Shown here in pieces: positions 1 through 9,739 of a stretch of 64,000 bases of DNA; the stretch's first letter is position 1, and every line of letters starts with the position of its first letter. Origin of the DNA: a virus (Duplodnaviria > Caudoviricetes); the IMG/VR virus record IMGVR_UViG_3300031993_000016; one strand, given 5' to 3'. Made by a program: the position numbers and the translations under genes. The notes under the pieces were generated by a model. It did no database searches. It saw nothing but the letters and a program-made list of their open reading frames with translations, and had not been told where the DNA came from.

Positions 1-429
1 TGAATCTTGCCAGAAGTTTGCTGTACCATCATCAAAGAATACATGAGCAGCTATGCCTTCATCCTCATAGTACTCTGGATAAGTTTCTGCTACATCAATA
101 TACATTGCAGTAGCAGTATCTGGCGGAAGTATCTCTACAACATCTCTTTCACCATATCTACTATTTAATGCGGTTGCAGATTCAACTTCATCATAGTCAT
201 CCAGCACCTCATTGAGTGTACGCTGACCCATTCGATGGTATCTACCACGATTAGTTTTGGATCCATTATAATTTTTCACTTCACCTTCCGGTGTATCCCA
301 TTTCATATATTGACGAGCAACAGTATGTCCATCATCATACTTTTTCATTTCAATGAATTTATTCGGATTACGCTTATTCTGATAAGTTTTATCGGGAGCA
401 ACTGCATTACTCTTGATATACTTTTTCAT
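1..429 (-). CDS. Partial CDS running off the window; hypothetical protein starting MKKYIKSNAV
   Basis: Open frame from ATG at 429 to position 1, AGGAGG RBS upstream, class L promoter motif at about 466-477. Missing from the ORF track. Confidence 0.8.
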   Translation of the reverse strand, partial: MKKYIKSNAVAPDKTYQNKRNPNKFIEMKKYDDGHTVARQYMKWDTPEGEVKNYNGSKTNRGRYHRMGQRTLNEVLDDYDEVESATALNSRYGERDVVEILPPDTATAMYIDVAETYPEYYEDEGIAAHVFFDDGTANFWQDS

Positions 430-475
430 GTATATACCTCCTATATGTAGTATTGAGTTCTACTAATATAGAAGG

Positions 476-703
476 TTATTTCAAATCGATGAAATTTTTT
501 AAATAAGATAGGAACCAGCTAGTTCTTTTTAATACGTTGTATTTGAGTGCTTGTGAGTAATCACCAGCTTCAACTACAGCAGTTATCTGCTCTAAAACTG
601 TACCATAGTCAAGTCCCACATCAGCAATTATCATATTGAGCATACTATCTAATGTTTCTTTATCCTTTGCTATCATATTTGGGCCATATTTATTTCTTAT
701 CAT
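476..703 (-). CDS. Hypothetical protein
   Basis: ORF with AAGGAG RBS and ACCTT-type motif upstream. Confidence 0.6.
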   Translation of the reverse strand: MIRNKYGPNMIAKDKETLDSMLNMIIADVGLDYGTVLEQITAVVEAGDYSQALKYNVLKRTSWFLSYLKNFIDLK

Positions 704-745
704 GATATTAACTCCTTGACTTACTATGAAATTACAAGGTCTAAT

Positions 746-985
746 TTAGCGCTCCCACCATTCCTCAACTTCGCCGTCAAGCCAATAAGTGTGATGGCAC
801 ATCCAACCTCTGCTGTCAATCACAGCTACATCTACGTTATCTTCAACCGCAGCTACAAGAATATCATTCCCGTTTCCATCGTTACCTGACAAAGGAAACT
901 TATCATTCTTGTGTGTTGCAATATAGGACTTCAAGTAAGAACGATTTCTGAAATCCAAGTCTATCGATTTTGATTCTACATACAT
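746..985 (-). CDS. Hypothetical protein
   Basis: ORF with GGAGG RBS and AAATTCGTTA motif at 1021-1030. Confidence 0.7.
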   Translation of the reverse strand: MYVESKSIDLDFRNRSYLKSYIATHKNDKFPLSGNDGNGNDILVAAVEDNVDVAVIDSRGWMCHHTYWLDGEVEEWWER

Positions 986-1077
986 GTTATTATCCTCCTA
1001 GATTTTTGATATGTGTAATATAACGAATTTCGGCTATCACAACGTGTAATCAGAATTCATGTATTATTTCATTGAAC

Positions 1078-1629
1078 TTATCTCCATTGCATTGCATCTG
1101 AATTGGTAACCCGATTCGGATGTTTTCCAGCTGTCTCATTATGCTTCCGACACTTTCTATATGCTGTAGCGTAATGCTGAAGTAGTTCACAGTAGTCTAG
1201 AATTGCATTGCCATACGCATCAGATGCACAGCTCACGTTTTCCATGATATCTACGATCTCATCCTCATCAAAGTTATCTGATACAAGTATGACATACAAA
1301 TCAACATCACGCTCGCATGCATCATACAAGCCTTCTTCTGTATATAGGCCTTTATGCCATTTAGCTACAGCTCGAAGTAACTTGTGCTTTTTAAGATAAT
1401 CAGCATAATCAAAGTTCTTATATGCATTGTAGAGATCTTTTAAATCATTGTAATCATTTCTATCTTCAACATGCACCGTAACAACTCCAGAATCTGCATG
1501 ATAATTTCGCATTTCATCATCTAGTAAGATTAGAAATCTATCTATCATATTCTTTTCAGATTTATTATGAGTTATGATAGCTGATCTATGATTAACATCC
1601 TTTGAATCTCCTTTATACTTTATATTCAT
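1078..1629 (-). CDS. Hypothetical protein
   Basis: 183-aa ORF, ATGA overlap with the upstream gene. Confidence 0.7.
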   Translation of the reverse strand: MNIKYKGDSKDVNHRSAIITHNKSEKNMIDRFLILLDDEMRNYHADSGVVTVHVEDRNDYNDLKDLYNAYKNFDYADYLKKHKLLRAVAKWHKGLYTEEGLYDACERDVDLYVILVSDNFDEDEIVDIMENVSCASDAYGNAILDYCELLQHYATAYRKCRKHNETAGKHPNRVTNSDAMQWR

Positions 1630-2129
1630 GCAGATTCTTCCTCCTTTTCATTTTTGATCTTTTCTATTTCTTTGATTAATTTCTTGCGAAATGCATCAAA
1701 TGTCATTGGTACGAATGTACCTTTGGTGTTTTCATATCCCATATATGATTTATCTCCATAATCTCTATAGAAAACCGGATCATAATTATGTTCATAACAC
1801 CAACCATTGAATACCTCTTCACCAATATTTATGTCAGCATTGTCAGGTGAATATATGTATGCCTGATATCTTATAATATCTCGCCAACTGATATCATGAA
1901 AATAATCATCTGCAAACTTATCATCATCAAATAGATAATATTTATAGCCATCTGGTACCTTATCCATCGGCACATTGTCAGCTACATATCTAGTGATTTT
2001 ACCGCCACAACTAGGGCAGTATCTTGTAGGTCTGCTCTGAAATTTGAATCTAACACCGCAGTCACAAGTCACAGTAAACTGATCTTTAAATAACCCGTCA
2101 TAGTGTATTGTAACATTTTCTCTATCCAT
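1626..2129 (-). CDS. Hypothetical protein with N-terminal zinc ribbon
   Basis: CDCG...CPSCGG motif. Confidence 0.7.
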   Translation of the reverse strand: MDRENVTIHYDGLFKDQFTVTCDCGVRFKFQSRPTRYCPSCGGKITRYVADNVPMDKVPDGYKYYLFDDDKFADDYFHDISWRDIIRYQAYIYSPDNADINIGEEVFNGWCYEHNYDPVFYRDYGDKSYMGYENTKGTFVPMTFDAFRKKLIKEIEKIKNEKEEESA

Positions 2130-2163
2130 ATACCTGACCCCCTATCTTGTTTGTATCAATGTA

Positions 2164-2373
2164 TTAATCTAGTCGACGTATTGTTGTTTTCTCATGCATC
2201 AAAGTGAATTTATAATTATCATCATAGTTTGATTCTAACAATTGTTTGATTTTTGTGTATTCTGTTATTGCAGATTCTTCTGAATTTACTACATCATCAG
2301 AAAACCTAATAGTTGCAAACACGGCGTAATCGATATCATCACTAAGATGTGGGCAGATTTCTTGTTTCTTCAT
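2164..2373 (-). CDS. Hypothetical protein
   Basis: Small ORF within the operon-like array. Confidence 0.5.
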   Translation of the reverse strand: MKKQEICPHLSDDIDYAVFATIRFSDDVVNSEESAITEYTKIKQLLESNYDDNYKFTLMHEKTTIRRLD

Positions 2374-2415
2374 AACTGTAATATAGTAACTTATGATTCA
2401 CATCCCCTATTAGTA

Positions 2416-2760
2416 TTAAAATGATGTTATGACGTGTTTTCCACCAACTTCACACCAGATTACATTACTGTTGTTAATTGTCTCAAGCCGCTTAGTAAGC
2501 TTATTTTTTAGATCATTGCGAAAATCATCCATCAACTGCTGTGCCGTAGACGCATCTGATGTGTAATATACATAGATTTCATCACCGATTTCTAGGAGTC
2601 TATTTTGTTGACCTATAGTAACTCGTGGTGTCGATGTACTTCGACTTGTAAATAGTGGAAAAGGTACGCCAACAGTACCGTCTAACAGCATAGTTGCTTC
2701 ATACATATTCACCTTGTATTTACCTTTATTTACATCTATGAATCCTGCATACAGTATCAT
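2416..2760 (-). CDS. Hypothetical protein (likely start MILYAGF)
   Basis: ORF; G-tract RBS at 2769-2777. Confidence 0.6.
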   Translation of the reverse strand: MILYAGFIDVNKGKYKVNMYEATMLLDGTVGVPFPLFTSRSTSTPRVTIGQQNRLLEIGDEIYVYYTSDASTAQQLMDDFRNDLKNKLTKRLETINNSNVIWCEVGGKHVITSF

Positions 2761-2801
2761 ATTAATCACCCCCCCCCTTTTTTTTTATACTATCTGTTCA
2801 C

Positions 2802-2870
2802 TCAGCACTCGTATATGCTGATTTCATATGTATTTTTGGTTATATTGACAAAGCCTGCGTACATTTTCAT
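2802..2870 (-). pseudogene. Truncated 22-codon paralog of the adjacent 2416-2760 gene
   Basis: MKMYAGFVNITKNTYEISIYEC* aligns with MILYAGFIDVNKGKYKVNMYEA and has its own AAGGAG RBS. Confidence 0.6.
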
Positions 2871-2907
2871 ATTCTGTATCTCCTTGCATTAATTTCTAAT
2901 ATTTATA

Positions 2908-3135
2908 TCAACTTCGTATACAATCATTTAACTGGAGTTCTTCAACCCATAGCCCATATTGTCGATCCATATCATGTATATCATGATAAAATGTAGGTTT
3001 AAATGTAGGATCAGCATACATCACCCGAACTTGAAATGCGTTCCACTTTCTACGTAATGCCTCTTCAGCCTGAGCTTTTGTAGAACCTGTAGCCATCCAG
3101 TTAAAATGTTCGCTCCGCATGAATATTACAAACAT
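2908..3135 (-). CDS. Hypothetical protein
   Basis: ORF with AGGAGG RBS. Confidence 0.7.
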   Translation of the reverse strand: MFVIFMRSEHFNWMATGSTKAQAEEALRRKWNAFQVRVMYADPTFKPTFYHDIHDMDRQYGLWVEELQLNDCIRS

Positions 3136-3146
3136 ATAACTACCTC

Positions 3147-3383
3147 CTACACAATACTTGCAAGTAACTTGCGAACTTTATCTTTGTCTACTGATTCCTG
3201 TGCTATACTATCTGAATACTGTTTATTTAATTTAGCTACTGCATCTCGACATGCATGCCAAGCATCATCCCAATCGGCTCCTACTGGTTCTTCTAAATCA
3301 GCTAGATCCCAAGATAAACTAGAAAGTACAATCACAATAGCTGTAAGCATTTCATCAGTATTAAATGTAATATCATCTTCCAT
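3147..3383 (-). CDS. Hypothetical protein
   Basis: ATG at 3383 follows AGGAGGTGTTAGTT. Confidence 0.7.
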   Translation of the reverse strand: MEDDITFNTDEMLTAIVIVLSSLSWDLADLEEPVGADWDDAWHACRDAVAKLNKQYSDSIAQESVDKDKVRKLLASIV

Positions 3384-3425
3384 AACTAACACCTCCTATG
3401 TGTACGTGCTATAACGAGTTTATGT

Positions 3426-3659
3426 TTAATTCAAGTCGAAGTATGTAATGTTGTCTATCAACGTACCGTCGGACAATTCAACATCTATGAACACTTCTAC
3501 ACCTTCTCGCATACCAAAATCTATGAAATGTTCTCGCACAATACGGCATCGTGTACCAGCTAAGTAAGTACGACCATATTTGGTGATATCACGCTTAAGT
3601 GTACGATTATATCTTTCATCACCCTGTATAATTAAATCATCATACATTTGACTCCACAT
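3426..3659 (-). CDS. Hypothetical protein
   Basis: ATG at 3659 follows the same AGGAGGTGTTAGTT; class M motif at 3691-3700. Confidence 0.7.
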   Translation of the reverse strand: MWSQMYDDLIIQGDERYNRTLKRDITKYGRTYLAGTRCRIVREHFIDFGMREGVEVFIDVELSDGTLIDNITYFDLN

Positions 3660-3705
3660 AACTAACACCTCCTGTTTATTTTATCACATATAACGAATTT
3701 TACAT

Positions 3706-3732
3706 AAAAAGAGGTGCATTTCTGCACCTCTG
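3706..3732 (-). terminator. Intrinsic terminator
   Basis: AGAGGTGCA/TGCACCTCT hairpin followed by a T-run on the minus strand. Confidence 0.75.
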
Positions 3733-3758
3733 CAATAACACTTATTCAGTTGTAGAAA

Positions 3759-5576
3759 CTATACACGGAATTCATCAGGTCTATCTATCACTACAACATA
3801 TTCAGAAGACTTTCTAAAATGCGATTTCGACTTCAATTCTTCTACCACATTATCTTTATACTTCTCAGTTTTATCTACAACAAATACATATCGCTTACAC
3901 TTATAATGCTCTAATACAATATCAATCCATTCGTCACAAGTGTGAAATTCAGTTTCATTGTTATAGATTTCTTTTTTGTTATATGGTGGGCAGGTAAGTA
4001 GGCACGAGTATTCATAGTAGCTATCTAAAATGTTTTCAACAGTGACAGAAGCATTTGTTAAGCTGAAAAATTTTAATATCTCATGACTTTCAGATACTGC
4101 AGTTGAATTTAAATCTCGGCCTACATATTGTTTACCTGTAGAGCATACACCTAACAACCGTCCAGAAAATCCGGAAAACGGATCACAGATACAATCAAAA
4201 TCATTTAAGTATTTCAATGTTAAGTATTTAGCTAATATAGGATTAAACACAGACACTTTAGGTGCAATCTTAGATATGTTGAAACCGCTAAGTACTTTAG
4301 ATGGATCAACATCATTTTGATATATTAATCGGTTAGCTATACACTTCTTAAGCAATTCATCAGATTGCCATGCTTCATATGGAGATACATGACCATCGAC
4401 TTTACAGTGATAAATTGACGGATGAAACTTACGAATAACCGATATCCCCAGTTTGCAATACGGATTGTAAGATGTTGATGTATAGTCACACAGATGTGCA
4501 TAATCATAATAGAGTCGATCATCTGTGTAATTAGGGTACGGAAATTCAACAGACCTACACCAACTAAATATATGAGAATCATAATCAAATAAGTTATTAT
4601 CTATTTGCTTCAACATGTAAATCAAGTTAGATAATCCAGATTCAAAATCAGATTCTATTAACAACACAAATATATGATCATCTGGCACAAGTGAAACGCG
4701 AACATCATCATAATCATCTCGAACCTTCTCGCCACCAGGATCACTTATGTAAGAATGCCAATATATTCCATCACAGTCTATGAGCATCTTATATTTTGGT
4801 AAATACACATCAAATTCGTGCGAGCATGTACCATCGGTTAGCACATGATGCTCAACACAGTCAATGTTGAACTCTTGTAATATTGAATGTAATCGAGATT
4901 CCAGTTTGCTTAAGTTTTTAGAATTCCGTGATTGTTTAGCACGAAGCTCAGGGCACTGCATAGCATAAGGATAACCTGTGCGACTTATATTAGTTTGCAT
5001 AGTTTGCGCAATACATGCTGAACTTGTAACTGTATCGCGTATCTTGTCTCGTACTTCTGGTACCTGAGCAATATTAGTATATTTCGTCCCGTATTTCATT
5101 TGGATTGTTTTTATTTTAGCTGGTTCATTAGATATCGCTTTATCATGCAATAGCTGTCGAACAGAACTAGCTTGTGAAGCAACTTTAACACCATATTTTG
5201 CTAAACAGGTTTGTTCTCGGAGCTTATTTGAACATGCTTGAGAACAACATCTAATAGGGTCATATTCTAATTTTATTTCAACAGGAGTGCCGCATATAGG
5301 ACACGGATTAAAATGTTTATTGTCACAATAGCGTTGCATGCTACTTCTAGGTGCAAATAATTTACCGCATAGTTCACATTTCTTTAAAGTTTTAGCAATA
5401 GTTTGTTTACGAAGCTGTGCTGCACATTTTTTAGAACAGCATTGTTTAGGATGTTTATAATTCCATATGAAGCTAGATTGACATACAATACATCTTCGAT
5501 AATGAACATTGTTGCAATAAGCAGCAGTACCAACTCCTTCAAATGGTTGACCGCATTCTTTACAATATTTTATCAC
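3759..5576 (-). CDS. Zn-ribbon/KYGV-repeat protein with a Vsr-like (EDxHD/DUF559-type) endonuclease fused to a C-terminal DNA methyltransferase-like domain
   Basis: Several CxxC pairs; TCLAKYGV repeat; HEFDVYLPKYKMLIDCDGIYWH nuclease motif; DPFSGFSG (SAM-binding motif I) and TCPPY (motif IV variant). Confidence 0.75.
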   Translation of the reverse strand: MIKYCKECGQPFEGVGTAAYCNNVHYRRCIVCQSSFIWNYKHPKQCCSKKCAAQLRKQTIAKTLKKCELCGKLFAPRSSMQRYCDNKHFNPCPICGTPVEIKLEYDPIRCCSQACSNKLREQTCLAKYGVKVASQASSVRQLLHDKAISNEPAKIKTIQMKYGTKYTNIAQVPEVRDKIRDTVTSSACIAQTMQTNISRTGYPYAMQCPELRAKQSRNSKNLSKLESRLHSILQEFNIDCVEHHVLTDGTCSHEFDVYLPKYKMLIDCDGIYWHSYISDPGGEKVRDDYDDVRVSLVPDDHIFVLLIESDFESGLSNLIYMLKQIDNNLFDYDSHIFSWCRSVEFPYPNYTDDRLYYDYAHLCDYTSTSYNPYCKLGISVIRKFHPSIYHCKVDGHVSPYEAWQSDELLKKCIANRLIYQNDVDPSKVLSGFNISKIAPKVSVFNPILAKYLTLKYLNDFDCICDPFSGFSGRLLGVCSTGKQYVGRDLNSTAVSESHEILKFFSLTNASVTVENILDSYYEYSCLLTCPPYNKKEIYNNETEFHTCDEWIDIVLEHYKCKRYVFVVDKTEKYKDNVVEELKSKSHFRKSSEYVVVIDRPDEFRV

Positions 5577-5642
5577 TATAAATACCTCCTAACTAGACAC
5601 AAAATTATGTCACTAACTTTACATATATTTAACGATTTTATA

Positions 5643-5678
5643 GAAAAATGTCGACCACAATTGACTGCGGTCGACATA
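5643..5678 (-). terminator. Intrinsic terminator after the tail tube gene
   Basis: ATGTCGACC...GGTCGACAT hairpin followed by a T-run on the minus strand. Confidence 0.8.
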
Positions 5679-5707
5679 TAATGAATCAACAACTTACTTT
5701 AAGAATT

Positions 5708-6936
5708 TTAGACTCTGAATTCATCTGGTCGCATGTAAATCGCTCTTGAAATTACAAGTGTTGTCTGGACTTTTACAAGGCCGCCTTCCTGATTCATGGT
5801 ACCGTTACTAAGACCTTGAATCCAGACACCTGGACACTTTATTACATCTCTTGCATTACCTTGACCATCATATTTGATAAAATACGCCTGCCTCATGTAC
5901 TCAGACGGCAGACCCATTTTTTCTGTCACCGGATTGTATACCTGCTTGCGCCATGCACGTAAACTCTCAAGAACGTTTGGCTCACAATAGCAGTTAAGTG
6001 TCCAATCAACATCTGCAAATGAAACTTTTCCAGGGAACTTGATGATTCCATTTCCATAATGTACTGTGATTGAGTCTTGGTCTTCTTTGATCTCACCTAC
6101 TTCGTCTGTTGAGAGTGTAAGTAGGTCACTGAATTCTGTTGGGGAACTTCCGTCCATATTGTATCTAATATCTTCAAATAGATTCGTGACATCTATCCGG
6201 CCTGTTACGGCTCCTCTTATTTTCATAAGATGTAGAGACTATATCATCACCTCATGTTGTTATGGGGGCTCGGCGCTACCACACGATTTTGTGGACTATA
6301 GTCGTTGAACCTTCCTCAGATCTTAAGGCTTGGCTGCTGATTGTCTAATCCAACTACTTTTTAAGCATTCACATCTATCTTTCTAGATTATGTTGTAGCA
6401 AGTTGGCTCTAAAGATTTTCCAGCAATTCACCGAGTTATTCGAAACATATTACTATGTTAAGGGACTAGATAAGTTAATCCTGATCTCGAAGTTATTTTG
6501 TGTCAATGGGACGAAGTTGTCGATACCTAACCAAGTTTGTTACGATGGCTCGCTACACCATCTCTCTTGCTTTCACAAGACGTTCAGACTATATTATCAT
6601 CTTAATATTAAGATGCTCACCCCTTCGAAGACGCTTGTCCTCTACTCCTTTCGGATAGTCGTTGAACCTTCCCTTACAGGCTTGGCTGCTGATTGCCTAT
6701 TGTATACGTGTTTAGGATTTAACCTTGCACTATCTAGATAAATTTTTTCTACTTTCGTCACCATCACGTTTACATCTAAATTAGATATTGCGTTGTGGTT
6801 TATCTAGCTTTAAGGTGTTCCAGCAATTCGATGAGTCTTTTATCATACAGATTTCTCTATACGCATACCTTAGATCACTTTAGCACTTTAAAGTGTTAAA
6901 AATATGGTTTGTGCCCATATAAAGTGGACTAAACAT
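5708..6936 (-). CDS. Tail tube protein (T4 gp19-like), spliced from exons 6936-6902, 6531-6478 and 6164-5708; 181 aa
   Basis: The joined exons give 546 nt in frame (MFSPLYMGTNHMLGIDNFVPLTQNNFEIRIYNMDG...). AGGAGG RBS; tube-like segments KFPGKVSFADVDWTL and LRAWRKQVYNP. Confidence 0.85.
6165..6477 (-). ncRNA. Group I intron 2 of the tail tube gene (313 nt, no ORF)
   Basis: Core elements GAATTGCTGGAA, AATCAGCAGCC, GTTCAACGACTA and GATATAGTC; 5' exon ends in U (GGAU pairs with GUCC, giving the U-G pair); intron ends in G; splicing restores the frame. Confidence 0.9.
6532..6901 (-). ncRNA. Group I intron 1 of the tail tube gene (370 nt, no ORF)
   Basis: Same P/Q/R/S elements. Internal guide AUCUAAGGUAUG pairs with 5' exon CAUAU (U-G at the splice site) and 3' exon UUAGGU; terminal G. 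Confidence 0.9.
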
Positions 6937-7049
6937 ATTTTTTACCTCCTTGTGTATGTTTTATTTATACAAACATATATAAGGATGATGATAAAAATTT
7001 AATTTTGCATCGGTCATATATTTATTTACAAAGAAAAATTAAATATCAC

Positions 7050-7078
7050 TTGACAGTTTTAGAAAACAGCCATATAAT
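7050..7078 (+). promoter_or_regulatory. Consensus sigma70/sigmaA promoter
   Basis: TTGACA-N17-TATAAT exactly, upstream of a GGAGG RBS and ATG at 7104. Confidence 0.9.
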
Positions 7079-7103
7079 TATTATAGAGAGGAGGTGTAGT
7101 TAC

Positions 7104-8509
7104 ATGAAGTTTTGCACAAATTGCGGCGCACAGCTACCTGAATCAAATCGTCAGGACGATGTCGATCGTGTGCACAGAAAGCAGCAGTATCTAAACGAGA
7201 AGCTACATGTTTAGCACGATATGGTGCTAGAAATGTGATGCATATTGATAGGTTTGTTAAGAAAATCCAGCATACATTCTTAGAACGATACAATACAAAA
7301 TGTGCTATGGATGTACCTGAATTCAAACAAAAACAAGAAGATACTATGATAAAACTATATGATGTAAAATCGTATGTGCTTACAGATGAATATATGCAAA
7401 ATGCACATTTTAGAGAATCTAATACGCAGAAAGCTATAGCATCTAAATTGAATCAGATAAATATTCAAACAGGGTCAGAACTTTTGCTAGATGATAAAAA
7501 ATTTGATATCCCTATCTTAGGCACAAACATATTACTGGAAATAGATCCGTCGTACACGCATAACATAATCGGGAATCACTGGAATAAGAAAGGGTTAGAG
7601 GAAACCTATCATCTAAATAAAACAGCAATTGCAGCATCGCATGGCTATCACTGTTTACACGTATTTGATTGGGATAACATAGACGAAATAACTAGTAGAT
7701 TATGCATAACACAGAAAATAGCAGCAAGAAAATGTAAGGTGATCTTCCACAATGAACCAACTCCTACAGTCAATTTAATATATGAAGATAAAGTCATTCT
7801 ATCTGTACAAGCTCAGTTATCAAATATAGCAGCATACGAATATGAATTAACAATGATGTTTAAACCAAACATACAAGTGGTTGGTGGTGTAAGTCGAGCT
7901 ATCAAGCATATCATGCAACATCTACACACAAATAAAATATTTATAAAGTGTGATTTGTCAAAATTTTCTGGTGAATGCTATGAGAAAGCTGGTATGAAAG
8001 CAGTTGCAATAATACCTCCACAAGAACATTGGTCTAAGAGCATGTATGAAATGCAAATAGATGATAAAATAAATGCTGAAAAACTAATACAAGATCATTG
8101 GTTACCGGTTTACGACTGCGGATATGTAATATATAGTTATGTTGATGGTTATCCTACACAAACATCTCAACCTTCATTAAAAGAATACTATCAAACTATT
8201 GCGAACAGCATATCTAAATCAAAAGAAAGATTATGTGACTTTTGTCATCAGCCATTTATACCAGCATCTAACAGACAACGATACTGTAAACGTGTGCATA
8301 AGAGAATATGCCCTGTATGCGGAAAAGAATATGTAGAAGATAATGTTGAAAATTTGAAACGACCTCCAGTTGCGTGTTCATATGCATGCAGGGTGAAGAA
8401 AACTCAATCCACTAGTCTTGAACGATATGGATGCACCGCACCTGGTAATTCTACGCAAGCCAGAGAAAAAGCTAGAGAAACACGGCGAAACAAGCACATC
8501 TACAACTAG
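7104..8509 (+). pseudogene. Frameshifted Zn-finger/KYG-repeat Vsr-like endonuclease with a degenerate GNAT-like domain
   Basis: MKFCTNCG... continues as GRCRSCAQKAAVSKREATCLARYGARNV into ORF 7235-8509 only after a 1-nt shift near 7150; EIDPSYTHN and WLPVYDCG motifs. Confidence 0.7.
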
Positions 8510-8531
8510 TCTATGTGATATAACACAAAAT

Positions 8532-8572
8532 CACCTCATATGTAGTCTTGTTATAAGATTACATATGAGGTA
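8532..8572. terminator. Hairpin between convergent genes
   Basis: ACCTCATATGTAGTCTT...AAGATTACATATGAGGT inverted repeat. Confidence 0.65.
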
Positions 8573-8615
8573 ATATGTTAATGTTATGTGTTATATTTAT
8601 TTACGATGAGTTTTG

Positions 8616-9185
8616 TTATCTACGATGTAATGACTGCTGATATTTTTCAGCGCATTCACCTATGTAAGCAACTGCATCATCATAGTTAGTGAATATTTCA
8701 TCATTTATTCGTATATCTCTAACTTTCCATTTAACTCCAAGCTTTCTTGTAGTTGATTCACGGCGTTTTCGAATCCATTGTAATACATCTTCATCTTCAG
8801 TAGGTGAATGATTTGATATACGCAGGAATATCACGAATTTCATTGTACCTAGTACGTTTTGTTCTAGATCAGCTAATGTAAAGTATTTTGAAGTTTCGCT
8901 TGTCTTGCTTTCTGACTTTTCTAGAATAATTAGATTGTGATCTTCTAACTCTAAAATAGCTTCCGCAATGAATGCATGATAGTCTGCAAGTGTTTGAGCA
9001 TCTATTTTATCTCTATCGGCAGATATCATAGACGCAGCAACCTGTTCAACATCACGATCTAGTTCAACAATTATATCCATATTTAATTCATCGCTACGTA
9101 ACAATTTCTTCACAATCCTCCACCTCGCATCATATTTATCTTGAATACTATCAGTTTTGACTGATGGGTGTGTTATTGCATACAC
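8616..9185 (-). CDS. Hypothetical protein
   Basis: 189-aa ORF; start codon uncertain. Confidence 0.65.
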   Translation of the reverse strand: MYAITHPSVKTDSIQDKYDARWRIVKKLLRSDELNMDIIVELDRDVEQVAASMISADRDKIDAQTLADYHAFIAEAILELEDHNLIILEKSESKTSETSKYFTLADLEQNVLGTMKFVIFLRISNHSPTEDEDVLQWIRKRRESTTRKLGVKWKVRDIRINDEIFTNYDDAVAYIGECAEKYQQSLHRR

Positions 9186-9195
9186 TATAACGATA

Positions 9196-9342
9196 TTACT
9201 TCTCAGATTTCTTAGCTTGTTGCTGTGATATCTTTATAGCTTGTCCTTGTTTAGTAGCTTTCTTTTTAGCATCTTTACCGTAATAGATTTTACCAGTTTT
9301 GCCGTATTGATAACCGCCTGATTTTGTTTCATGTACTGGCAT
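9196..9342 (-). CDS. Small basic hypothetical protein (MPVHETKSGGYQYG...)
   Basis: GGAGGTG RBS before ATG at 9342. Confidence 0.65.
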   Translation of the reverse strand: MPVHETKSGGYQYGKTGKIYYGKDAKKKATKQGQAIKISQQQAKKSEK

Positions 9343-9347
9343 ATGAA

Positions 9348-9710
9348 TCACCTCCAAGCTACATTGAAATTCTTCTCTATGCCATTCCATAGATATGTGA
9401 GATGGCCATCTGGATATAAGCTGATATATGTAGAAGTAATCGGATTATTATCTTCTTGTGTTTGATAATAGCATCCATCGCCTTCATGTTCATACATCTT
9501 TGTGTATTCAACCCAAGTATTTGGATAGAGTTCGATTTCTATTGTTTGTGGATATTCTGCGTAATCGCAAAAGATATCATCAGTAGCTTCGATAGAATAA
9601 TTAGTTGCAGATTTGAAAGCATTAATCAAGTTCTTGGCTGCGATGCTACCATTTTGTATATTGTTCCTAGACTCATATAGAGCTTCAGGAACGTCTATGA
9701 TTACTTTCAT
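9348..9710 (-). CDS. Hypothetical protein
   Basis: GGAGGT RBS before ATG at 9710. Confidence 0.65.
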   Translation of the reverse strand: MKVIIDVPEALYESRNNIQNGSIAAKNLINAFKSATNYSIEATDDIFCDYAEYPQTIEIELYPNTWVEYTKMYEHEGDGCYYQTQEDNNPITSTYISLYPDGHLTYLWNGIEKNFNVAWR

Positions 9711-9739
9711 ATAATTACCTCCGTTTTTATGATTCCTTT

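Noticed and set aside
6165-6226. ORF-track start of the tail tube (MKIRGAVTG...)
   Set aside because: It lies inside intron 2 with no RBS; the spliced model from 6936 fits better.
6066-6741. Plus-strand ORFs 6066-6308 and 6403-6741 as intron-encoded proteins
   Set aside because: They are antisense to the introns and have no endonuclease motifs.
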